DNA from: Candidatus Bathyarchaeota archaeon | GTDB taxonomy: Archaea; Thermoproteota; Bathyarchaeia; Bathyarchaeales; Bathycorpusculaceae | Reading direction: 5' to 3' | DNA: 64,000 nucleotides | Assembly (NCBI GenBank): GCA_963772455.1 | Contig: CAVYXJ010000010.1 | Coordinates: 402,724 to 466,723, forward strand | Shown here: positions 32,048 to 40,893 of the stretch, one piece after another | Layout of the letters: every line of letters begins with the position of its first letter | How positions within the stretch are numbered: position 1 is the stretch's first letter | Translations under genes and position numbers: made by a program | The notes under the pieces: generated by a model | What the model saw: the letters and a program-made list of their open reading frames with translations, nothing else | Databases searched by the model: none | Told to the model about the DNA's origin: nothing

Positions 32048-32194
32048 AAATGTGGTTGAGTCTAAACCCCACTGCAACACCGCCTAGTCAAATAACGCTT
32101 GCCAAGACTTATCCTCGATCTGATCTCAGATTCATCCGGCAGACGCTTAAGGACCAATACTGCGTGTCACCGTGAAGCTTGTTCCTCAACCGGC
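32048..32194 (-). ncRNA. Candidate H/ACA-like RNA with a very long apical stem (~147 nt)
   Basis: TATA-like TTATAT about 30 nt upstream; basal stem GGTTGAG/CTCAACC followed by ACA and T7; continuous G-U-rich pairing along the whole length. Confidence 0.65.
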
Positions 32195-32315
32195 AACTAC
32201 AACATACCTTTTGACGGAATATAATGTTATGTTGGCACCTTAAGCCGCCAACTAGAAACAGTTGAATTAGATGCAAAAAACTTAAACAATAGCGCGCAGT
32301 CATTACGGTGCTGGT

Positions 32316-32438
32316 GCCGGGGTATCCGAGCCAGGTCTAAATGGGCGGCCAGATAACAATTTGCCCCTAAGATATGGAGGAGGACTTAAGATCCTCTGGC
32401 GCAGGCCTTCGTGGGTTCAAGTCCCACCCCCGGCACCA
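32316..32438 (+). tRNA. tRNA-Leu(UAA) with 35-nt non-canonical intron (32341-32375, position 22/23), encoded CCA
   Basis: GCCGGGG/CCCCGGC acceptor, GAGGA-CTTAAGA-TCCTC anticodon arm, long variable arm; BHB-like GTCT-AA^A...AGAT-AT^G, whose splicing restores the TCC/GGA D stem. Confidence 0.92.
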
Positions 32439-32621
32439 TTTAAAAATAAATTAATAAAACAATGTGGATTTTTTGTTATTTTGATAAAAATCCTTCAGTT
32501 TTATACCTTTATTTTTAAGGCTTCGACAGCTTTTCAAAATGTTTTTTTGCTTTCTGTCAGGAGCACATCTTAGCATTTCCACTAAAAAAATAATATTGCA
32601 ACCTTTTAGTATTCCAATCTG

Positions 32622-34016
32622 CTACTGTGTTTTTGGGTTCAATGGGAATTTTAAGGAAAAAGTTGTTCCTTTATTGATTGTACTCTCAACTGTAATGGTT
32701 CCACCGTGGGCCTCTATAATTCTTTTGCAAATTGCCAATCCAAAACCCATACCCTGAGCTTTTGTTGTAAATAATGGTGTAAAGATTTTGTCCATTACTT
32801 CAGGTTTCATTCCACTTCCAGTATCAGCAAAAGTTATTTCAAGTTTATCCCCATTTTGACGGCTATTTATCTCAAGTATTCCTCCTTTTTCCGACATTGC
32901 ATCTATAGCGTTTGTAATTATATTGGTAAAAACTCGGGTAATCTTGTTTGAATCTGCCATTATAGTTGGAGAACTTTGAATATGATCCACGATCTTGATG
33001 TTCTTAGGAATCTTTATCGTAAGTAGAACATAATCTATCATGGATTTAGGCGTGCACACTTCCACCTCTAAACGAATTTCCCGACTATAATCGAGTAAAT
33101 CATTGATTATTTTATTAGAGTACTCAATGGCATTTTCTATTATGCTAAGCATTTGTAAACCGCTATCTCCCACAAAACTACCTTGTTTTTTCCTTAGAAA
33201 ATAAGTTGCATTTTTTATTCCTGCTAAAGGATTGCGAAGGTCATGTCCGATCATTCCGGCTAATTCTCCAATTGCCGCTAACCGTTCTGATTTGAGAACC
33301 CTATTTTGAGCTTCAATAAGTTCTTTTGTTCGCTCTTCAACTAACTCAGCCAAATTATCAGCATGTTTCTTTAAAACGTCTTGTAAAGCTTGTCGATGAA
33401 CAAATTCTTCGTATGTTCTTCTTCTATACAAATGGATCTGATGAGCACTAAACCCAGCAATCAAGTATGATGCAATTAGACTGAAAACCATTGTGTACAT
33501 GATTGAAATCTCCGATTGATTGCCTAGAATTATTATTAAAATTTCGCCAATAACCATAACTGACGCCAGAATGCTTTGAAACAAAAATCTCAGTGGAACA
33601 ACTAAATAAAAAATAAATAATGACATAAGAGTTACAACTGAGTGAAATATGAAATTTTCAGGTCGTGACATGTTGATTATGCCACCGCCAATAATCAAAA
33701 TTAAAGTTGTCAAAAAAACAAGACGATCGTAGACGGAGTGATTTTTTATTTTTCCCATATAGGCTACTTCAAAAACTATGATGGAAAGAAGAATTAGGCG
33801 AATTGTTGCTAGGCCAAAAAACATTGAAGAATAACCGAAAAAAGCATAATCATTAAAGACAAAACCCAAGATTGGAATTGCGAATAGCAACGCTGCCTTT
33901 CTATATTGATTGATGTCTGATGATAGATAAAAATTACGAAAATTTTTCTCAAGGGTATAGTCTTTGTTTTTGCTATTATTAGAGTTACTGAAGGCTTGGT
34001 ATAGCTTTTCCAGCAG
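32622..34016 (-). CDS. Membrane sensor histidine kinase (HisKA + HATPase_c)
   Basis: H box GHDLRNPL, N box NIITNAIDA, DTGSG, PLFTTKAQGMGFGL; the frame extends to a CTG at 34016 preceded by AGGTG. Confidence 0.92.
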   Translation of the reverse strand: MLEKLYQAFSNSNNSKNKDYTLEKNFRNFYLSSDINQYRKAALLFAIPILGFVFNDYAFFGYSSMFFGLATIRLILLSIIVFEVAYMGKIKNHSVYDRLVFLTTLILIIGGGIINMSRPENFIFHSVVTLMSLFIFYLVVPLRFLFQSILASVMVIGEILIIILGNQSEISIMYTMVFSLIASYLIAGFSAHQIHLYRRRTYEEFVHRQALQDVLKKHADNLAELVEERTKELIEAQNRVLKSERLAAIGELAGMIGHDLRNPLAGIKNATYFLRKKQGSFVGDSGLQMLSIIENAIEYSNKIINDLLDYSREIRLEVEVCTPKSMIDYVLLTIKIPKNIKIVDHIQSSPTIMADSNKITRVFTNIITNAIDAMSEKGGILEINSRQNGDKLEITFADTGSGMKPEVMDKIFTPLFTTKAQGMGFGLAICKRIIEAHGGTITVESTINKGTTFSLKFPLNPKTQ

Positions 34017-34198
34017 TTTTCACCTTTTTAGGATCTCAATTTTTGTATTTGCTCTTGAACATTTTCCTTATCATTGGTAATTGGAAAATATAAGAATAAT
34101 GAATTTATTTTGTTTAGAGTTTGAAATTTTGCAACGGATGAACCTGAAATAATTCGAGTTGGCAATAGTCTTTTATCTTAAAGTAACCAAGAACTTGC

Positions 34199-34672
34199 AT
34201 GGATAAAGAAGAAGATTTGTTAGTAGTAGAAAGAGTTAAAGCAGAAACTTTCGATGATTTTTTGGGTTTAATCGATAAACTTGCTGAATTTGAAAAGCTG
34301 GCTCCACCTGATGAAGAAGCGAAAAAAAGGCTACGACGTGACTGTTTATCTGACAAACCCAAATATGAGGCGTTCATGGGAAAAATTGAAGATAAACCCG
34401 TTTCATATATAATTTATTTCTTTACTTACTCAAGCTTTCTTGCATTACCAACTCTTTTTCTTGAAGATATTTTTGTTCTTAACGAATATAGACGAAAAGG
34501 AGTAGGTCAAAAAATGTTTGATTTCCTAAAAAAAACTGCTAAACGCGAGGGATGCGGCAGATTAGAGTTTACGGTTTTGAAATGGAATACGACAGCGCAG
34601 GAATTCTATGAAAAAAATAAAGCCAAACGTTTGGAGTGGTTTTTATATCGTTTGGTAAACGAAGATTTTTAG
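34199..34672 (+). CDS. GNAT acetyltransferase (diamine acetyltransferase-like)
   Basis: LAEFEKL, LFLEDIFV..EYRRKGVG, VLKWN..A..FY. Confidence 0.9.
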   Translation: MDKEEDLLVVERVKAETFDDFLGLIDKLAEFEKLAPPDEEAKKRLRRDCLSDKPKYEAFMGKIEDKPVSYIIYFFTYSSFLALPTLFLEDIFVLNEYRRKGVGQKMFDFLKKTAKREGCGRLEFTVLKWNTTAQEFYEKNKAKRLEWFLYRLVNEDF

Positions 34673-35553
34673 ATTGGCTCACATGAAGGCTTAGCTGCTT
34701 TTCTCTGCAGATAAGAGTTAATTGCATCTATAAGGGCTTCACAGGCAAACCATCGTTCTTCCAAGGAAGTATCTGTCTCCAAGGTATGGACTATTCTGCG
34801 GAATTTCTTAATTTCATCCAGGACAGGTTCTTTTTTTCTGTCGAATTCAGCTTTAAGTTCCTTTTGTTTGGCACTAAAATCCAGCATAACCAATTCAAGT
34901 TCAGTTTGCTTATCGCTTAATTCCTTCACTATAACCATTTCTTTTTGTTCTCTTTTCTTCTTGGAGATGCCGTGGAAAAATCCGGTTTTCATCCGAATTA
35001 CCTCGTCCTGTTCTTTTTTCAGTTGATGTATTACCTTATAGAGACACTTGGTCTCTCTGTTTCTTTGACCCTTAATCGCCCCTGTTAAAGTTGCATATTC
35101 TTCTTTGATTTGTTTTAAGCGAGTTCTCCAATCTGAAAGATTATTTAGTTCTTGATCAAGTGCCGTTTCCTTTCGGCGTATTACTTCAAGTTGATCCTTT
35201 ATGCTGGAAAATATTTGTGCGCACTCATTCAAGAATTGATCATCTGCAACTATGTTCGGGTGTGACTTAAACTCGTCTAGAACAACAATTATGTTTGTTA
35301 GCCAACGGTCAAAATGCTCGCTGAATGGTGAAGAACCAAACTTCTGGCTACCCAAAGTGTGAAGTTGCTTAAGGGTTAATTGGGAGACTTCACTTTCAGT
35401 TGCAGGCTGCTTTTCTTCCCTTATTGGTTTTGTAGTGCCTCTGCCAACACGTTTTCTATCTTTTCGTTTTTCGCGAAGGGTTTTTTTGTATACGTGAATT
35501 GCGCCTTTAGGCGACTTTATGCGAGGCTGATATCCCATAACAAGAGTTATCAT
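34669..35553 (-). CDS. Coiled-coil hypothetical protein
   Basis: 294-aa Lys/Glu-rich helical ORF; start probably at MGYQP. Confidence 0.7.
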   Translation of the reverse strand: MITLVMGYQPRIKSPKGAIHVYKKTLREKRKDRKRVGRGTTKPIREEKQPATESEVSQLTLKQLHTLGSQKFGSSPFSEHFDRWLTNIIVVLDEFKSHPNIVADDQFLNECAQIFSSIKDQLEVIRRKETALDQELNNLSDWRTRLKQIKEEYATLTGAIKGQRNRETKCLYKVIHQLKKEQDEVIRMKTGFFHGISKKKREQKEMVIVKELSDKQTELELVMLDFSAKQKELKAEFDRKKEPVLDEIKKFRRIVHTLETDTSLEERWFACEALIDAINSYLQRKAAKPSCEPI

Positions 35554-35906
35554 TCTTTAAGTATTTAGTCTGTACCCTATTGGCTTGACTCTTAGGTTCT
35601 TTTTCTTTTCGACCCAGCCAAGATTTTGTTTCAATTGCTAAGACGGTGCCTAACAACGGGATAAGTTACGCCTGAGAAAATGACCAAGGCTGCAACTATG
35701 ATAATTACAATTGAAGCTATACTCAAAACTGTTTTTGATTTACCCATTTAATATATCTCCATTTCAAGTTTAATGGTCTAAGTCGTAAAATAATTCATGT
35801 TGTAGCGAAGTAACGATCACAATTTTTGCTGACTTAATAGCAAAAACTGGAAATGTAGGTATCTAAGTCGTAGTGGTGAGTCTTCAAATGATATTAAGTC
35901 AGCGGA

Positions 35907-36200
35907 TTACCAATTCCACGGAAACACTTGAGGATAGTAAATTACAGCTATAATTATAATGACTACGGCAATTAAAAGACCTGTTACTATGCCTCTTTTT
36001 GCGTTATACGATAATCCACGTTTGGGAGCAGATGATTTTTGAGCATTAAGGTTTGTATTGGTGACAGGCTGAGTTATTGGGGGTGTTGAACTATTCTGGG
36101 GTAGGGCTTTTCCGCAGAATGCACAAAATGGCACATTATCTTTATTTTGTTTACCGCAAAAAGGGCAAAACATTATTTTATCTCCAATACCACTAAGCAA
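35907..36200 (-). CDS. Zinc-ribbon protein with C-terminal TM helix
   Basis: MFCPFCGKQN...FCAFCGKAL, low-complexity linker, one TM. Confidence 0.75.
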   Translation of the reverse strand: MLSGIGDKIMFCPFCGKQNKDNVPFCAFCGKALPQNSSTPPITQPVTNTNLNAQKSSAPKRGLSYNAKRGIVTGLLIAVVIIIIAVIYYPQVFPWNW

Positions 36201-36392
36201 TTCAGGGCAATAAAGTTTGCTAAGAAAGTCCTTTGTTTTTCAACTTTTAACAACTATGAGATACTCAAAGGTGTGCTTGCCCTTACATACGCATTAGAAA
36301 AACAACAACAAATTAGCTTCGGAATATTTTACTTCACTTCAGATTCTTGTTTTTCAAGTTAGAATTATCAACTTTAAATCAATCATTTTAAT

Positions 36393-36511
36393 GCTCAGTT
36401 GGTTGGTGAAGCGCGCCTGTGAAACAGTTGATTAACCCCTTCTCCCTTTCAACCGGAGTTGTTCAATAGCGAAGAAGGAACAAACTCACCATTACGCTAT
36501 TTTCATCATCA
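36393..36511 (-). ncRNA. Candidate long box C/D RNA (~115 nt)
   Basis: Perfect box C ATGATGA (36509-36503) and box D CTGA (36398-36395) flank a GC-richer folded core. Confidence 0.55.
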
Positions 36512-36527
36512 AAAATTCTTTCGAATT

Positions 36528-36956
36528 TTACCCACGATTGCCATAGCTTTTATTCATACAATCTTGGCAATAATTTCGCTTAAACCTCTTTATTCGCCTA
36601 GGCTGAAAGAGTTTTCCACAAGAACTACATTTGATTTGGTTAATTGTCTTAGGATCGAGCAGTTTAAGTCTTCGCTCTATCTCATTTTTAACGTCTGAAT
36701 CGTTTTCACCAAGCAAAGCGTGTGTCAACAATGTTTTAGCTTGTTCTTCACATTTATCCCCGAACATCTTTGAAAAGACATTGTTTTTTTTCTGATCAAC
36801 ACTAATCTGAGAAGGAAGCATGCAGATAAAATTTGAAGGATAGCTCTTTGATTTATCTGAGTCAACTACGGCAAAGCGGTAGTGCCTGCCTACATAGTTG
36901 CCTTCAAGGCTATCTTGAGTAAATATTTGTAACTTGAACTTCACAATAACACCCAC
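36528..36956 (-). CDS. Hypothetical protein with C-terminal zinc finger
   Basis: KCSSCGKLF...YCQDC. Confidence 0.75.
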   Translation of the reverse strand: MGVIVKFKLQIFTQDSLEGNYVGRHYRFAVVDSDKSKSYPSNFICMLPSQISVDQKKNNVFSKMFGDKCEEQAKTLLTHALLGENDSDVKNEIERRLKLLDPKTINQIKCSSCGKLFQPRRIKRFKRNYCQDCMNKSYGNRG

Positions 36957-37191
36957 ACGTATAGATAGCGCTTAGCAAGCTAATATCTATAATCATTTAA
37001 AACCAGAATTTCACAAATAAATATCTTTGTATAAAAAATTAAGGCGAATAGAACAGCGACCGCAAAAACGAATGTAGTTTTGCTTTGTTGATTAATTACT
37101 TCAAGAGGTAAACGCTTATTTCATGTCTTTCTTCGTCAAGGTTGGGACTTTTTTAATTTGGTTGATTTGAACTGTATTTATGGATGCAAGT

Positions 37192-37211
37192 TGTATTACA
37201 AATGTAATACA
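37192..37211. promoter_or_regulatory. Perfect palindrome upstream of BRE/TATA
   Basis: TGTATTACA-AA-TGTAATACA just 5' of GAAAACGCTTTTATGTA. Confidence 0.55.
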
Positions 37212-37279
37212 GATGAAAACGCTTTTATGTAATCCTACCTTGAAGGCTCTAATTATCAAATCAAAAGGAGAACGTTAAA

Positions 37280-37861
37280 TTGATGCAAAGTAGTGCAAAA
37301 CGAGTTTCAATAATTGCAATAACAGCAGCCCTTTATACCGTATTTTTCTTCTTATCATTCGCAATTGGTGTACCAACTTTCACAGTACTTTATCTCCCAA
37401 TTATTCTACTAGGTGTCTTCCCGCTTTGGTTTGGATGGGCAGGATTAGTCGGCAGCATGATTGGAGCATTTATAGGCGGCGTTTACGTTGAAGGCTTGCC
37501 ACTTTACCTAGCTTGGGTAGAAATTACAACGGCGATAGTCATTTTCGGATTAAATTGGCTCCTTATTCCCAAATCAGCCGCCGAAGCCAAAACAACAAAA
37601 GGAATCATAATCCTCTCAAGCATCTATGCTTTAACCCTATTTGTTGGGACATGTTTTATACTCTGGCAGTTTACAGCTGTCGGTTTGTTCCCTGCGGAAG
37701 TTGCTTGGCCTCTATTGCCCGGTACTTTTGCTCTTAACTTACCCATTGCATTAATCGCGTGTCCAGCTTTGATTAGGGCTGTTACGCCTAAACTCAAAAG
37801 TTGGGCAATGTACTCAGGCAGCTTTGCAGAATGGCGAAATCGCTCCAAAAAAACTGCATAA
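37280..37861 (+). CDS. ECF S-component / QueT-like membrane protein
   Basis: IIAITAALY N-terminus, about 6 TM helices, PLWFGWAGLVGSMIG. Confidence 0.65.
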   Translation: MMQSSAKRVSIIAITAALYTVFFFLSFAIGVPTFTVLYLPIILLGVFPLWFGWAGLVGSMIGAFIGGVYVEGLPLYLAWVEITTAIVIFGLNWLLIPKSAAEAKTTKGIIILSSIYALTLFVGTCFILWQFTAVGLFPAEVAWPLLPGTFALNLPIALIACPALIRAVTPKLKSWAMYSGSFAEWRNRSKKTA

Positions 37862-37939
37862 TACCTCTCAACTCTTCTTTTTATCAAAATAGAAAATACT
37901 TTTAAGCTAATAGTCCTTAAGGCAATTTGAGCGGTAACT

Positions 37940-38461
37940 ATGAAAATCCAAATTCTAAAACTAACGCCTGAATCTCTCGTCAGATTACTCCAAGGCAAAG
38001 CAACCATGTTTGCAACTAACTTACCGTGTGACACCGAAATATTAGATATAAAACTGGATTTTTTCACCCAACAAGTTTCCATCGTTATTAGAAGTGAAAG
38101 TTTCGAGGACATTTCTGAAAATGTCCCACCTCCTCAGCTTCAATTATCTAAGTCCACTGAATTCAAAAGCACATCAAAACTAGCAACAGTCGTAAAGCCC
38201 CAAATTGTTGCTGAAACTAAGTCTATGGTTGCAAAGCTTCCTCAACCCCAACCTAGTAGAATGGCTTCTAAAATGGAAAACGAGTTTAGCCCCGAACAAC
38301 GCAAACTACTAAGTTTTACTGCGAAAGAAAACTGCGTAGTTGTTAAGCCAATAATGTTTCTGAAGGCCGAATGGGATGACATCAACGAGGTTGTACGGAG
38401 TTTAGGCGGTAAATGGGTTAAAGGCGATATAATCAGTTACTGGGAAATCCCATTGCAGTAG
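37940..38461 (+). CDS. Hypothetical protein
   Basis: 173-aa ORF with C-terminal WDDINEVVRSLGGKWV...WEIP. Confidence 0.7.
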   Translation: MKIQILKLTPESLVRLLQGKATMFATNLPCDTEILDIKLDFFTQQVSIVIRSESFEDISENVPPPQLQLSKSTEFKSTSKLATVVKPQIVAETKSMVAKLPQPQPSRMASKMENEFSPEQRKLLSFTAKENCVVVKPIMFLKAEWDDINEVVRSLGGKWVKGDIISYWEIPLQ

Positions 38462-38474
38462 GACTGTTGTTAAC

Positions 38475-38906
38475 TTGAGTAAGAAACGAAAAAACTTTAA
38501 ACAAGAAAACGCTAATCAGAATAGTAGTGAGCCAAAGATGGAAAAAACTGATAAACCTCTAACAAGAGACGCATTAGTCGCAATGCAAGTTATAGACGCA
38601 AAAGGACGACTTATAGGGAAAGTAAAGGATGTTGCTTTCGCCGTTGGAAAAATGGGTATAGCACTAACAATTGAAAACGATGATGGCGAAACTCAAAACG
38701 TTGCATGGGAAGATGTTCAAGCAGCTTCAGACTTCATACTTCTAAAACCTCAAGCCATTCATCAAACCGCATATCAACCTGCTCAAACAATAGCACAACC
38801 TGTTCAACAATCAACGCAACCGCTATGCCCAACATGTGGTAAGCCTCTGACATGGATTCCGCAATACCAACGATGGTACTGCTACAACGACAAAAAATAC
38901 GTCTAA
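38475..38906 (+). CDS. PRC-barrel protein with C-terminal zinc-ribbon-like motif
   Basis: MQVIDAKGRLIGKVKDV...WEDVQAASDFILLK; CPTCGKPLTWIPQYQRWYC. Confidence 0.8.
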   Translation: MSKKRKNFKQENANQNSSEPKMEKTDKPLTRDALVAMQVIDAKGRLIGKVKDVAFAVGKMGIALTIENDDGETQNVAWEDVQAASDFILLKPQAIHQTAYQPAQTIAQPVQQSTQPLCPTCGKPLTWIPQYQRWYCYNDKKYV

Positions 38907-39121
38907 AACCTAAAATCATCAATATTTTCTTTATTTTCTAGCATATATTTGACTAATTAATTTTAGAGACTAAAGCCTCCTTGATAAAAGAAAAAAAAAT
39001 ATTTTCTTTTCCATGAAAATCAAGTATTGGGTATTAAGAAATAAGTAAATAAAAATAATTTTGAGAAATCAAAAAATTAACCGCTTTATACTAAAATAAA
39101 GCGAGTGATAGTTTTGCAGAT

Positions 39122-39748
39122 TTAACTTTCTATAGGCTTTTCTAAAATGGTTATTGTTCCATTTTTTCCAAGTCGCAGCTGCTTTTCGCCCTTAAACATT
39201 GCCACATGGGCGTTCTTGATTTCTATGTATTCGCCAGCATGGACGCTATTAATCTGCTCATCCCAAAGACACAGGAGAATTTTTCCTGATTCATCGCCAA
39301 TTGTGGCATTAGAAACAACTGCGTTGTCCCTAAATTGAGTGTGAACTTTGGCCGGTTCCGCAGTTTGCAAAACTTCCGCTGTAACATTTATTTTTTTCAT
39401 ACCAACACGCAAATTTTCTATCTTGAAATGTGAAGGCGCTGGGTTTTGTCTAGCAATTTCTTTTCGAACCTTGCTCGTGTCCATTGAGTGGTCGAATGAA
39501 ACATCGGTTCTTGCAAGTGTTTCATCTGGAACTCGGAACTGTGCAACTACTTTAGTATCTTTTGTTATTAGGAAAATGGCTTGGGTAGTTACGTTTCCTC
39601 GATACTCCACAGTTAAATCTGAAACAGACATTGGTTTGCTTTGTTCTTTTGCATTAATTAGGGCTTGAAAGAGTTCGGTTGGGTAAACTTCATGCTGAGT
39701 AGCAATGAAGGCAAGTTGGTCTTCTAATGTGGGCTTTTTTGGTTTCAT
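39122..39748 (-). CDS. OB-fold single-stranded DNA-binding (RPA/SSB-like) protein with extra N-terminal domain
   Basis: C-terminal IENLRVGMKKINV..V...ATIGDESGKI.L.LW...IKNAHV..FKGEKQL.LG OB fold. Confidence 0.82.
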   Translation of the reverse strand: MKPKKPTLEDQLAFIATQHEVYPTELFQALINAKEQSKPMSVSDLTVEYRGNVTTQAIFLITKDTKVVAQFRVPDETLARTDVSFDHSMDTSKVRKEIARQNPAPSHFKIENLRVGMKKINVTAEVLQTAEPAKVHTQFRDNAVVSNATIGDESGKILLCLWDEQINSVHAGEYIEIKNAHVAMFKGEKQLRLGKNGTITILEKPIES

Positions 39749-40015
39749 ACTTTATTTTGTTCTCCTTTCAATTTAGCGAATAATCTTGAAAATAGCAAAC
39801 TAGTTAGCCCTAAAATTTACTTTTTCCTCGATTAACTTCCGCAATTTAATAGTAAGGTTACTTTAGCTATATAGGTGTAACTATAAAAAAACGGGTTTCT
39901 CATGGACAACTATCCTCCTTGTGGAAGGCACTCAAAAGCTGACGAGGGCTTCCAAAAAGCAAAAAGCATAGCTTCTGCATATGAATTATAGAGCGCTTAT
40001 TTTTGGAGTTATATT

Positions 40016-40891
40016 ATGACCGAAAACCTAAGAGACTTAACCAAAGTTGACTTAAAAAACCTCGATAAAATCTTCTATCCCAAAAACGAAGTAACCAAAG
40101 GACAAGTAATAGAATACTACGTTCGAATGGCGCCAAAGATTCTTCCTTTAATTGCAGATAGACCACTGGTCTTAACTAGGTATCCTGACGGTATTGAAGG
40201 TGACAAAGTCAGGTTTTTTGAAAAGAACGCTCCCGAAGGCACACCTAAATGGGTTAAAACCCAAATAATCTACTCCCCAACATCAAAACGAAATGTTTAC
40301 TACATAGTATGCAACGACTTGGATACTCTCATTTGGCTGGCAAACTTGGCTGCATTGGAAATCCATATGCCATTTTCCAAAATTGACGATTTAGACAAGC
40401 CCGACATGTTATTCTTTGATGTAGACCCCGAACCACCAGCAACGTTGAGTGATGCTGCTGAAGTTGCATTGCTGCTTAAAGACAAACTATTGGAATTGGG
40501 GCTCACACCTTACGTTAAAACTTCGGGCAAAAAAGGTTTACATGTCGTAATCCCCATAGTTGCCAAACACCCGTTTGAGAAAACGAGAGCTTTCGTGCAT
40601 AAAGTTGGAATCGAACTTGCAAAAGAAAACGAAATAGTAGTTTCTGAATTCAAGGATACAAAAAAACCAGGAAAAGTTTTTGCCGATTACTTGCAGAATT
40701 CTCCAATGCGAACTATGGTTGTTCCCTACAGTTTAAGGCCGACAACTGAAGCTACAGTTTCAGCGCCTTTAGAATGGAGCGAAGTGAAGAAAGGAATAAA
40801 CCCTTCCGACTATACTATTTCTACAGTAGTTAAACGCACGAGTAATCCGTGGAAAGATATTTTTGAAAAAAGATGTGAACTGGAGATTTAA
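40016..40891 (+). CDS. ligD: NHEJ primase-polymerase (LigD Pol domain, stand-alone)
   Basis: NLDKIFYP, LTRYPDG, FFEKN, LANLAALEIH, FDVDP, KTSGKKGLHV, DYLQN, PYSLR. Confidence 0.93.
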   Translation: MTENLRDLTKVDLKNLDKIFYPKNEVTKGQVIEYYVRMAPKILPLIADRPLVLTRYPDGIEGDKVRFFEKNAPEGTPKWVKTQIIYSPTSKRNVYYIVCNDLDTLIWLANLAALEIHMPFSKIDDLDKPDMLFFDVDPEPPATLSDAAEVALLLKDKLLELGLTPYVKTSGKKGLHVVIPIVAKHPFEKTRAFVHKVGIELAKENEIVVSEFKDTKKPGKVFADYLQNSPMRTMVVPYSLRPTTEATVSAPLEWSEVKKGINPSDYTISTVVKRTSNPWKDIFEKRCELEI

Positions 40892-40893
40892 TT

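Noticed and set aside
36420-36460. AAAGGGAG...CAACTGT resembling a cobalamin riboswitch
   Set aside because: Lacks the other conserved cobalamin elements and has no suitable downstream gene.
36468-36480. 10-bp complementarity of the C/D candidate to 23S 8933-8942
   Set aside because: A match this short is expected by chance over 3 kb, and the D' box is not canonical.
39939-39960. CTGACGAG resembling a hammerhead ribozyme core
   Set aside because: No stem II followed by GAAA and no compatible cleavage-site helices.
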